From the NCBI GenBank assembly GCA_030295235.1, contig AP026141.1, forward strand, positions 310,001-374,000: 64,000 nucleotides of DNA, read 5' to 3'. Made by a program: the position numbers and the translations under genes. Source of the DNA: Fistulifera solaris (Eukaryota). Below the pieces are notes generated by a model. That model was given only the letters and a program-made list of their open reading frames with translations, was not told where the DNA came from and ran no database searches. Below are positions 13,548-25,100 of this stretch, one piece after another (position 1 is the first letter of the stretch; the number at the start of each line of letters is the position of its first letter).

Positions 13548-14676
13548 ATGTCTTACGCTGAACCCGATATTGTTGTCGATTTCGCGGCGGGCGATGAAGT
13601 TGTACCGTTGACCCATAGCACCGTGACGGCCGATCCGTTGCAATCGGGCTTCCTTTGGTACACGCCGCCGATGGCCGCCATTCCGGAGACGCATCAAGAT
13701 TCGGGGGCGACCTGGAGTATTGCCGGACACGATTATCAAGTCTTGGCCATGACGTTGCCTCCGGGAGAACAAGTCGTGACCGAAATCGGGACGTTTGTGT
13801 TTGGGTCTCCCGAATTGCAAACCAAGGTCGATTTGACACTGTGTGCACGGGCGAGTGTGTGGGAAGGTTGTCAACGCATTCTCGGAGGCGAATCGTGTGT
13901 CAAAGTGTTGTTGGTGAATGGAGGTGCCACGGAAGGCTTCGTCGGCATTACTCCCAATTTTCCGGCCAAAATTATGCCTCTTCAAGTACGTATGGATGTA
14001 TATATCTCCTGCTCTGTTCTCGTTGTCGCTCACGCAGTCCGATATTTTTAGTTTGGCAAACATATATCACCCGACACGTCGCTGATTGCACAAAAAGGTG
14101 TTTACTTGTCTCATGTGGGTGACGTGACTGTTGGTACGAAGCATCAGAAGTGTTCCTTTTGAGCTCTGCTGGACTCAATGTCATTTCTTACACTATCTTT
14201 CTCTCACACTCTCTTTAGGCTGCGACATGGATACCTCCCCGATCACGTGCTGTTGTGCGGGCTTGGGTTGTTTTCGACAAAAGATTACCGGAACCACACC
14301 CAGTTTGGCCTTTTTGAATGCGGGCGGGACGATTGTGTACAAACAATTGCACGACCAGGAAACCATTACCGTCGATACGACTTCAATCATTGCCATGGAA
14401 GAGACGGTACAAATGGGCATTGTACCGAATGGACGATGTTGTACCATGGCGTTCGGTGGAGAATGTTGCTTCTCGACGACCTTGACCGGACCGGGAAAAG
14501 TCTTTTGCAGGTGCGTTGTCTGTGTGTGTTGAACTGTGCCGGTGCGCCTGTTCCCTTCTCTCTCACACACTCGAAAGAGCATGAGTTTTTACAAATTTCA
14601 ACAAGCGGTGCAACAAACGGTGGTGGAAGAAAAGGATCGCGGTGGCCCGAATACGGATCTTCTCAATAATTTGTAA
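13548..14676 (+). CDS. AIM24/TIGR00266-family protein, paralog 1
   Basis: IAGHDYQVL, TPNFPAKI, AFLNAGGT, VDTTSIIA, GGE..FSTTLTGPGKV..QSM. Introns 13986-14051, 14134-14218 and about 14511-14577; one slip near 14505. Confidence 0.85.
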
Positions 14677-14727
14677 GGAACGAAATGAGACGGGAAGAGG
14701 CACAGATGTGTAGCATTCTAATCAAAA

Positions 14728-15249
14728 TTACAAACTATTTATATACTTCCTTTTTGACCACAAAATTCGTGATAATAGCGTTGACACTGTTCTTGCAGAT
14801 TCGACCAGAATCGCCGGAGGCAATTCTTTCCAATTTCCATTTTCTTGCACAAAAGTAAACGGTGGAATGACGGTATCGGCCGGAATGTGCACCTGGGGTG
14901 CCACAATCACAGCATCTTTGAGAATGACGCGTTCCCCCAATCGCACATGATCCCCGATATGACAATAACTGCCAATGGCGGCCGCGTGCGATTGAACGTT
15001 CCGACCGATCCACGTATGCGCTCCGATCGTCACCGGAATGGCGTCTCCAGCGACCGAAGGTGCTTGTATTTGGGAGTGCGATTGAATGTGCGTGAACCGT
15101 CCGATCCGCGTGGCGTGCAACTGAACCCCTTCGTGAAGGATAGAACGTCCTTTCAATTCCATCTGTGCCGCATTCGCCAAGGTCGCTTGTCGACTGATAT
15201 AACAATGACTGGTAGTGGTGACAATGTAAGCGTCGTCATGTTCTGTCAT
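14728..15249 (-). CDS. DCTN5: Dynactin subunit 5 (p25)-like left-handed beta-helix protein
   Basis: YIVTTTSHCYISRQA start, hexapeptide repeats, AAAIGSYCHIG, VILKDAV, DTVIPPF. C-terminus uncertain. Confidence 0.75.
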   Translation of the reverse strand: MTEHDDAYIVTTTSHCYISRQATLANAAQMELKGRSILHEGVQLHATRIGRFTHIQSHSQIQAPSVAGDAIPVTIGAHTWIGRNVQSHAAAIGSYCHIGDHVRLGERVILKDAVIVAPQVHIPADTVIPPFTFVQENGNWKELPPAILVESARTVSTLLSRILWSKRKYINSL

Positions 15250-15282
15250 ACTGTAGATTGATAGGAAAAAAGGGACGAAGGA

Positions 15283-15322
15283 TGAATGAATAAAAATGAA
15301 TGAATGAATGAATGAATGAATG
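15283..15322. repeat. Interrupted (GAAT)n microsatellite
   Basis: gaatgaat..atgaatgaatgaatgaatgaatgaatg just upstream of the DCTN5 ATG. Confidence 0.85.
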
Positions 15323-15380
15323 ATTAACAAAAAGAAAACGGAGATTGCGTTGAAATAATAATATCCTGCCCTTTTTGGCA

Positions 15381-15510
15381 CGTGAAAACCCACACTTCCA
15401 GATTTTCTGGGTAAATGAAAACCCAAACTTCCAGATTTTCTGTAGGATTGAAAGACCCCATTCCCAGGTTTTCTGGGGACGTGATAACATCACATCCCCC
15501 GATTTTCTGG
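15381..15510. repeat. Four degenerate ~33-bp tandem units
   Basis: Consensus about TGAAAACCCA.ACTTCCAGATTTTCTGG; copies 1-2 near identical, copies 3-4 diverged. Confidence 0.8.
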
Positions 15511-15701
15511 CGGAGGAGTACCGCTGTGTGTCAAAAACTTGTCGATATTCTGCTTCGTATATAGCAAAAGAGATCGCACTATGACAAAACACGTTCTCGG
15601 GGCCCGAAAGATCCGCATCGCGATAGCGCAACGACGAAGCCGTAGGATAGCATTCATTCGAATAGCATCGTTGCTTTGCGAATACCTCTAATTATCAAAC
15701 A

Positions 15702-16460
15702 ATGTCTTACTCGAAAAAAGACGAACTCGTCTTGGCCACGACAGGATGGTCGCATTTGCAATTGCCCACCACGCCCGTCTACGCCATTGCCGGACACGAA
15801 AGTCAAATTGTGACGCTGCAATTGAACCAAGTCGGAGACGTCTGTCAGGGCGAACCCGGTACCATGATGTATTTATCGAGCGATATTACACAATCCACGA
15901 CATGTGAAGGATGTCTCGAACGGACGTGTGCGGGAGAAAGTTGTTGCGTCATGCATTTCACCAAATCGGCCGGCGATACGACCCCGAGTTATTGTGCCTT
16001 GACACCGAATTTCCCCACGGCCAAAGTCGTCCCCATTGATTTGAATCAAGTCCAAGGAGTCTTGATTTGTCAACAAGGCGCGTATATGGCATCGTCGGGC
16101 GATGTCCACGTCCAAATGTCGTTGGATTGTAATCTACTGCGATGCTGTTGCGGGGGGATGGGGTTGGTGCGTCAAAAATTGGTGGGGACGGGAACCGTCT
16201 TTTTGGCCGGTACCGGGACCATGCTGCAGAAAATTTTGGAGCCGGACGAAACCATTGTTGTGGATACCAACTGCATCATGGCGTTTGCGGGATCCTGTAC
16301 GATGGATTTGCGCCGGGTCGGCGGTGTCATGGGAATGATTGGTGGCGGGGAAGGGATCTTCAATACGACGATTACGGGTCCGGGACTCGTCGTGGTGCAG
16401 TCGATGAATGAACTCATGTTCAAACAAGCCCTGGTGGCCAATAAATTGTATCGGCGATGA
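15702..16460 (+). CDS. AIM24/TIGR00266-family protein, paralog 2 (intronless)
   Basis: Intact 252-aa ORF: IAGHESQIV, GEPGTMMY, TPNFPTAKV, GTGTVFLAGTGT, VDTNCIMAF, GGEGIFNTTITGPGLVVVQSM. Confidence 0.9.
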   Translation: MSYSKKDELVLATTGWSHLQLPTTPVYAIAGHESQIVTLQLNQVGDVCQGEPGTMMYLSSDITQSTTCEGCLERTCAGESCCVMHFTKSAGDTTPSYCALTPNFPTAKVVPIDLNQVQGVLICQQGAYMASSGDVHVQMSLDCNLLRCCCGGMGLVRQKLVGTGTVFLAGTGTMLQKILEPDETIVVDTNCIMAFAGSCTMDLRRVGGVMGMIGGGEGIFNTTITGPGLVVVQSMNELMFKQALVANKLYRR

Positions 16461-16928
16461 GGGGGTGTGTTGTTCAAGCCAAAGTACTGCAATCTTTCGT
16501 GGAGGAGAAACGTAGAATAGTTTGTTACTTACGGCAATCCTTTGTGCGAGAGGAAAGTCGTGCAGTGACTATAGTATTATACTACTACTCCGTAATGTTT
16601 TTTAAAAACTAAAAAAAACAAATCTGTACTACATCGAATCATTTCGAATGGTTGCGCCGTATTGTGGCGTAAAGAACGTTTCCTCCTTTAGGAATACTCG
16701 TGTGGGCACAAACGAATCATGAAAAAAAAAAAAAAAAAAAACAAGAGAGCCGAGCATTGCAAGCAGCGCATCCATCAACAACACAGGGTAGTTGGCAAAG
16801 CGTGTGCGGCTTTATGACTACAGTTATTCAGTCACGGGTCTGGTGACAGATAGTCCGTAATATGTTAGCGCTCCGTCGATCATTCGTTCTCGACGATTCA
16901 TAACGACTATTCTTAACATGCCAGTTAT

Positions 16929-18077
16929 CTAAGCATCCGTGGGTCCATCGACATTCCCACTATTATTGCTATCCTGTTGTATCACCTTGGGTGGGAACAA
17001 TTTTCGCATCTTGTCAATGCTGAGGGATTGAATCCAGATTTTGCCCGGTCCGGTCACTGCGCGAAAGAAAGAATAGCGTGTTATCACACGGATTACCAAC
17101 AACACTCCACACTACAGTATTCACTCACTCGTGGTGTTGAATATTCCTTCTCCCGCACAACAACACGCCATCCCCGATCCAATGAATTGCACATCCATCG
17201 TGACGGAGGATTCGAAACACAAGATACTATCGGTATCCACTAATATCTTTTCCCCCGCGGCTAAATTCTGAATACAGTGTAAGATACGATGAACCGTATA
17301 GATACGAGGATGACTCTTTCCTTCCTTACGTACTTTTTGTAAGACGGTCCCCATGGCCATCAAAAACGCCCATTCTCCATGACTGAGTGTTTGCACAATC
17401 AAATCGACACCACTGCAACAGACGCCGGCAATGCTTTCGGCGGGATTGAATCCGGCCCCCACATCCGTCACCAATTCCCCGATGGGCACCGTGGAACCGA
17501 GAAAGGAATCGCGCATGGCAATGATTTTTCCCGACGGACAGGAAGGCATATGAATGGGAACAATGACGCCGGGATAATCCGGTGTCAAGGCAACTGCCGA
17601 GAAAAGAGAAGAGTGAGTGAGTGAGTCAATGGATGAAAGGGAACGAAGGATCAAAGTCTCTCTTGTTACTCAACTGTAACCATCGTGCGTCGTGCTTTCA
17701 TTGGTGTAAGTGGCTTGAAACAAGGAACCCCCACCCGCCAATCGCCCAAACGTTTTCCCAAATCCTCCGAATTCGACTTTCATTTTGACGTCGTTGCTCA
17801 TATACGCCATGGCCCCGGCAAAGCACATGACTTGACGTCCCGGTCGTAAGGGAATTTGCACAAACGGTGCATCCGTCCCCAACAATTCGTACACCGGTAA
17901 GCCGTCTGAGTACGTGGGAGGAGGAGGAGGCGACCACAATTCAAATCCGGCCAAGAAGGGTTGCGTGTGGGGTTCTATTGCCGTAGCCAGGGGTACATTG
18001 TTGTTGTCATAATACGCAGAATCATCCTTCTTCGGATCGTTCAAGGCCATGGCAAAGGGAGAAGAATAGTCGGTCAT
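16929..18077 (-). CDS. AIM24/TIGR00266-family protein, paralog 3
   Basis: AGAMAYMS, GRLAGGGSLF, GYI|ALTPDYPG, VDTDSILCF, GEGIFNTT|.TGPGKIWIQSL. Three introns near 17676-17594, 17333-17268 and 17129-17057; stop at 16929-16931. Confidence 0.85.
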
Positions 18078-18511
18078 TTTTTATTGATAAATTAGTTGTT
18101 TTTGTATCCAATGTTGAGGGTGATTCTACAATTCCAGATGCTATGCTAGACAGATGCCGATATATGCAATGCAACAAGAGGCTTCTGCGATCTTTTGCGA
18201 AGTAGTGCCACACAAAGAGTAGTCGCACCGATGAATGCCAGTACTTCATACAAATAAATTTGGTACCGCTGCGCTTTGTCGGTACGTATGGTTGTACATC
18301 TTGTTTTATAGTAGAACCTAACACGTTTTACAAATTGAGTGTCGCACCACTACTGACTCCCTCTGCCTCTCGTCGTCCGCGCCGTTTTGTTGTATTGCAA
18401 TGCAACAGTTCATTCTTCTTGTCGAAGAGACCATCATCTTTCCTTTTCTCTTCTTGCATTCTTTATTTTCTCTTCTCTTTCTATTCATTTTACTTATTTT
18501 AGACAGCAAAT

Positions 18512-19016
18512 ATGGCAGAAGTCGCGGATGTTCCCATGGAAGATGCGGTACGTTAAAGAAAAGCGAGCGCTATCCCGTTGCTGCGGATCCATACTTACTC
18601 CATCTTTTTATTCCTTATAGTCCGAGCAACAACAAGTCCTTTCGAAACCGTCAGCTCCGCGCTTTGAAATTAAGAAATGGAATGCCGTCGCCATGTGGTC
18701 GTGGGATATTTGTGCGGATACGGTACGTGAAAGACTCGTTCTCGAATTCATTTCTCTCTTTCTTTTACTTACACTACTCGTTTAGTGCGCCATTTGTCGC
18801 AACTCGCTCAATGAACCATCCATTGAATATCAAGCGAATCCGTCCCCGACCAATGACAATGGCTTATCGATTGCCTTTGGAAATTGTGGACACGTCTTTC
18901 ACCTGGACTGCATCCAACGGTGGTTGAAAACACGTTCCGTTTGTCCTCTTTGCAACAAGGAATGGGATTTTGCCAAAATTGAACGCATTCCCGGGTACGG
19001 GCAGTTGGGCATTTAA
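18512..19016 (+). CDS. RBX1: RING-box protein 1 (cullin-RING E3 ligase subunit)
   Basis: Spliced product [39 protein letters not shown]...[27 protein letters not shown]; two introns. Confidence 0.95.
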
Positions 19017-19127
19017 TGAGAGAGCAGTCGGATGGATAGAGCTATCTTACAGTATGAAAATTGCAATAGCAAATAGTAGTGAGTCTACTCTCATAATAAT
19101 TATGATTCTAAATTTGAACGAATGATT

Positions 19128-20857
19128 TCATTCTGTAGAAGGAGACAGAATACAACGATGAACGGGTGTTCCTTTGATTAGACAAGCCACTTCGGTTTCC
19201 GTCATGGCAGTGCGTGGCAAAAGGGGACGACAAAACCAACCGGGACCTTGGGCACGTTCTCCACCCATGGCGATCCATTGTCGTGTTCGTTGTGTCAATG
19301 ATTCGGATGGGGCTGCAGATATTAGTTCGTCTGGTGATGACTCGTTTAGAACAGGAGTAAATCCGGCTTGTTGACACGCCGTTTGAAACATGTAGACGGC
19401 TACATCTTCACAATTCGATTGCAACCACAACGTTCCGTTGCTAGGAACGAGAACGGTCCGACACAATTGCAGGAGTTCCAAAGACACCATGAAACCATCG
19501 GTCGCGGAACGGGGCAATTGCGTATTACCACTACTGACTGCAAGTCGATAGGGAGTTGGAAATTGAATCAAGATGGTCGCAACATGTCCCGGATACGACT
19601 CCAACACTTGCTGCAAGGCGTGTTCGGCCGTATCGACGACAAACGCCAATCGATTCGATAAATTCCACCGTTTTGCCAATCCGGCCCCGTATCCAATAGT
19701 CACCGCATTGAGATCAATGCCCAAGAAATTACAGTTTTGCCAAGACGAATTGTCGTCTTGGGATGCCAATCCCAGCAAGCAGACCCCCATACCGCACCCC
19801 ACATCGATGACCAAGGGACGATGCGGATCCTCAAACAACTGGAACCAATCGAACTGGTAATGGGTGAGAGTTTCGTCCTGCAGTGCAGTCTCGGAGGATT
19901 TACCAAAATGCCGGGCGGCTTGATGCAAGAACGCCTTGGGTTTCTTTTGTCGAGTCGAAAATTCCCACAACAAAAGAGCACATCCATCGGAATGAAAGGA
20001 CACGACTTCATCGTTGTTGAAAGTCGCCTGTTTGGCCTCGAGACACTCTCGCAACACTTGATTCAGAACAGGATCGTCGCGGATTCCCGTCGCCGCCAAG
20101 CGTTTGGCGATACTCAACACATCTTTGAGACGACACGACGGTCGGGTCCCAAACCGTCGCAATTCTTTGCACACGACTTTGGTGAGCAAGACAAACAAAT
20201 TCTCGTCGGTGACGCCCGCCAAGGCGAACCAAAAGGCGGCATCGGCACCTTTGCGGCCTTGCAAGGCCGCTTCAATGGCGGCCCACGTGGACAAATCGTC
20301 GTGCTGTAACACGGTTGGCCATAGTTGCGTTCGATTTCCCTCTATGAGTGATTGGACGTTCGACCAGGCTTGTAATTGTGCTATCGCTTGTTGCGCCATT
20401 CGATCACGGGCCTCCTGATTTTTGTTAAAGGAAGCAACACTCCCCAAGGCTTGATGCGCCAATTGCAACACGGAAGTCGTCTCGTTGTGAGGAATGTGGT
20501 AAACGACGGACCATTGCGAAACGCCCTGCACCGTATCCGTGACACGGATGGAACAATTAATGGATGTGGGGAGCGATTGGAGGAGATGATCGGCGTACGT
20601 AAAATTTTGCATCTTACGTGCTTGATCGCGTTGTTGTAAAATGGCATCAATCTGTGCGACCGTCGTGGGTGACAAGACGGCTAACGGGTCTTCCAGTATC
20701 ACATCGACAGATTGTTGCAAATATGTAGTTGGCGGCGAAACCGAGAGTGGCGACAAAAGGCACCCGTCAGGCAAGCCGTCAGGAAGAAGCATGACACAAC
20801 GAAGCCAAAAAGCGCCAGTTTGCCTTCCCAAGTGTGACGGCTACGTAGAACTAGCAT
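19128..20857 (-). CDS. TrmB-like (tRNA m7G46) SAM methyltransferase with N-terminal extension, probably plastid-targeted
   Basis: VIDVGCGMG, NFLGIDL, IQFPTPY, LQSNCEDV, MTETE. Hydrophobic leader ending TGA-F after correcting a T-run slip near 20758. Confidence 0.7.
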
Positions 20858-21179
20858 GGGAATGGTGTCATGATCAAAAGGAATTAGAAATACGGAAGAT
20901 GATAGCAAATACAGAAGGATGTTTATTTTTTTGTTTTCCTTCATTTTTTCGACGGCTCTCGGCGAGTACCGAGTTCGTTATGTCATTCACGAATTGTGTC
21001 GTCTGACCATCGACCGTCTTTGCGCGCTCATACCGCGGCCATCAGTGTTCGCGTCATCGTCGGCATAGAAAGAAAACAGAGATAACGACGACGATGATGA
21101 GCTAGAATCACAAAGAGGAGACGGAAACTGCAAAAGTTCATTGTTTACTTTTCGTGAACCTACTAATATCCAGTCAACA

Positions 21180-22162
21180 ATGTTTTCTACAAGGTTCGTT
21201 CTGCTGTGGTGGGTTGTGGGTCGCACGACGGCGTTTTTAGCGCCCTATCGTCATCGTTCTTCAAAGACATCTCTCGCTTCCACGCCCCCACGCAAGAAGA
21301 AGAAAAACAATAAATACGAACAATTTTCCAAAGTAAAACAGGATACAGATCCTTTGCAAGAACTGTTGGCCGAATCGGAGCGCAAATTGGCGGCTTTGCA
21401 GTTGGAGCAGCAGCAACAACGCACTGTCCTCCCCATCACTGCAGCACCACCGAAACAATTCCCCGACACGGCCACCATTGATCCGTACGATCCCCGAACC
21501 TTTGGCTATGTCACACTAGGGACCATTCAAGGCGCCCATGGCGTCCAGGGATGGATCAAAGTGAAAATTGCGGACGCGGTGGACGCTGCGCTGATCGAAC
21601 ATAGTTTCACACAACCGGGATGGGTGCACGTGCGACTACCGAACAAACGGGCCCCGCGACCCATTTGGTTGCAACAAGGACGAGCAACGACAGAACAACA
21701 GTATTTGCTGCAATTGCACGATATTGTGGATCGTGAACAAGCCCAAACGTTGCGGGGGGCGACCCTCTATGTGCGGCACGAACAAATTGTGTCCGAAACG
21801 GACGAGGAAGAAGAAGAATACGATGTTTCCGAACTCGTGGGAATGGCAGTGTTTTTGGCCGAAAATTCCGACGCGTACGTGGGAAAAGTATCGGGAATTG
21901 TTTTTGTGAAGATATTTCGTCCATTCCCTTGGGACACGATTTCTTGGAACTCGAATTGCCACGAACCGATTCGGGAATGGCCTCCTATAAAGATGAGTTG
22001 GTCTTGATTCCGTTTGTACCACCCTTGGTGCCGATCGTGGATGTGCAGCAACGACGCATCCACATTGATCCTCCCACAGGATTGTTGGATTTGACCTACG
22101 TGCGGAGTGACAAAGTGCGCGTGAAAGGGTTTCTGCCGGCGAGTCGTACTGCCATGGATTGA
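21180..22162 (+). CDS. rimM: Ribosome maturation factor RimM, plastid-targeted
   Basis: LGTIQGAHGVQGWIKV, DREQAQTLRGATLYV, LVLIPFVPPLVP..IDPPTGLLDL. Leader TTA-F; slip near 21903. Confidence 0.9.
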
Positions 22163-22189
22163 AAAAAGAATGATTGGAATGATGATTAT

Positions 22190-25100
22190 TTACAATAAAC
22201 TCGTTTCCGGAATGTATCGAAAAAAGTCCACGATCGTGAGTGGCAGCGACGGTACCATCAACTGATCGACTTCTCGTTCCTGTTCCAAGCGAATCCAGGG
22301 CCGGCCGTCAAAGCCTTCTCTGCGGATACGCGATTCGTAAGCACGACGAGCCGTCTCCTCGGCTTCTTGGCGTTGGGACAACGCGGTGGTAATCGTGGTG
22401 TGGAGTGTACTGTAACGGGTAAAGAAAAATCCGAGCGAGGGTATTTGGCCATTGCGGAACAAGAAACAAATCGTGTCCCCAATGGTCTCGGCATAAAAAG
22501 GATCCAAGCAACTGGAACGGAGTGTTCCCACCAATTCATCTAACTCGGCTTGACTACCCGGTCGAACTTTAGTACTTCCTTTGGTTTTCCTCTTTTTCTT
22601 TTTCTTGAATCCTAGTTGATTGAATTTACTCTTGTGACGATAGTGTTCATCCGCACCCGACAACGAAAAGGTTGTCGTGGTTTTGACGCTGATGACGCTG
22701 GACAAGCTAGCCGAAGTGCCGGTACTGCGCATCGATGCGTTGGAGACGGTGGTCGATGCGGTAGAAAAGAGCGAGCCGTTCTCTTCGTTTTCGAGATTGT
22801 CGACTTCACCCGATGCCACTGCTTCACGACGAATTTGTACTACGGCACCATATCGCTCTAACGTTGTTGGAAATGTCGATGCCTTTTCTTCGAGATCTTC
22901 CATGGTCCTGTGAGCGTACGCTATGACGGCATCCATGACTCGGCGAAGATCGAGTGAATGCTTCACCGATAGTCTCTGTGCCTCCAACCACAATTCGGCT
23001 CGGAGAAGAAACTCAATGGCTCCCGAAACATCGTTACCGTAGTCATACAAAATGGTAGCCGCATCAGTAAGTTTCTGTCGGCGCATCGCTCCGGACTCAC
23101 TTTCCGACGCAAACGACAAATTTTCGGCCATCTCTCCTGCCAAAATCATCTTTCGCTCTTGAGAAAAATCCTCTTCGTTGATGGGTGATATAGAAAGAGA
23201 GTCTTCCAGTCTCGACAGGCCTTTGCCGCAGATTTGGCCCGTTCCACGTCCAGCGGAGTGACAGTGAGAAAGACATTCAGCGCCATGTCAAATTTCTTTT
23301 GTTTCATCAAATCGTCACCAAGTGCCAGCAAAATGGTGCGCGAACTGTGAGGGTCCTGAAAAAGTTCCAAACCTTGTCGATACAGGTCATGCTTTTCGAT
23401 TAATTGCATGCAATCTTCTACAGTGTTTCCCACTTCGGGACATTCGTCCTCGTGATATTTTGCGACTCCCTCCAGATTCTCACCCTCGTGGAGCGACTTT
23501 GCAAGGTTACGGAGCGCTGCATCGTATTTCTCCAATCGCACATCTACTTCATACCTGGCGTAATAAAGAGGAAGCTCGTTGTATCTTTTCAAAAGAGGAA
23601 GGTACACTTTGGGATCCATTTGCGAGTTGCGAGCCACCGCACGGGCCATATCATAGTCGTACAGCCCAAGTGCTCTGTCAAACAGAAGACTGTATTCGGC
23701 CATGAAGGCAAGGTACTGAATGGCGCTTTGAGCCTTATCAGAAAACAAAATTGGTTTGTTTTTGGGTAGTGTCTCACGCTGCCTTTCCGTGTTCTTCTTT
23801 ATAAGGTTCAACGCATCTTCAATTTGAGGCGGATCTTGCTTCGCAAACGTCGAAAGAGTGGGTAAGAGAAAATAGGCATCTTTCACAGGTTTCCCACTGA
23901 CGGTCTTCTCCTGAGCTTCCGCTGTCAACATAGCAGCACGCATGCTTTCGCAGATCAAGTTCACTTTTGAGTAAAATCAAATTCGTTGCAAGTAAATTGG
24001 TTCACGTTTTGAATCCATTTGGGCACCGGATAACGCTCCGATGTCGAATTCCAATTTTGAAGGGAAGATATGAAGAGGTTGAGGTGATCTATGTTGCGGA
24101 CTTGATCAATGAGAATGTGAACGCCCTCTTTCAGAAAAAATGGAGGATCAATGTCCACAATTAGATTGAGATCTACCTTGTGGCGACGCATGAGCTCATA
24201 GGCGGACTTGAACTCCCTCGCCAGCACATTTTTCATGCAGTATCCGAGTACTAATGCCCGCGGGTATATGGCCTCCAGGTTACCTCGGGGCATCTGTAAT
24301 ACGGCAGTCGGTTCTTCGGGTCGAACACAGACAAGACAGGCACCCCGCTCAACATCTCGGGGCTCGTACCCGGTCGAGAGCACGCGTTGGTGTTCTTCCG
24401 ATCCCAGCAGTGGATCAAATGAGGCCAACACCGACAGGTGAACAAACCGAAGTTGAAACTGCGAGTCCGCGGTGACGTAACACAAAAATCCTTGTGGTAC
24501 CGACAAAAGAAGGAAGAAACATTTTCGGCCAGTAGAACATCATGGCAGTACAAACGTCCCTTGAGTGTCTTGCCAACGACCAGCCGGTTGTGTCCATGAT
24601 CATTTTCAGGAACAACTTTACAACCTTCGATCCAATGACACGGTTCTAAGAACGGCTCCACCGTTGCGGGTACAACGTGCCCGTCATCGTATTCATAGAG
24701 GCTGCCATCAATGAGTTCCACCAGTGCACCTGACGCATCGGACCAGGCCGTGATCGTCAAAATGGGCTCGTCTAGAAACAGCAAATCTTGAATGACAGTT
24801 GCTGGAGTCAATCCACCCCAAGTGATCGTAAGTACCACCAAACATTCCTTTCCTTCTTCTTTGGTCACGCATGCTGCAACTACTTCAATCGTCTCCGCAT
24901 CGGCCGACGAAATCACTAAATTCCGCAGAGAACGTAAATCCACCGGACACTCGTCGCCGACGTGAACAGCGTCCGATACAATGGGCGGGTTCCAGCCCAC
25001 CATGGTCCGTCCCACTCCATTGATTTCGTCACGCACGACCATCCACGACCCGTCGACGAGCAACACGACCGCACAGAGCGTTCCGAGCGGACGATTTGCC

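Noticed and set aside
15381..15510. ~33-bp repeats resembling a CRISPR array
   Set aside because: Units are contiguous with no spacers, are degenerate, and there are no cas genes in this eukaryotic context.
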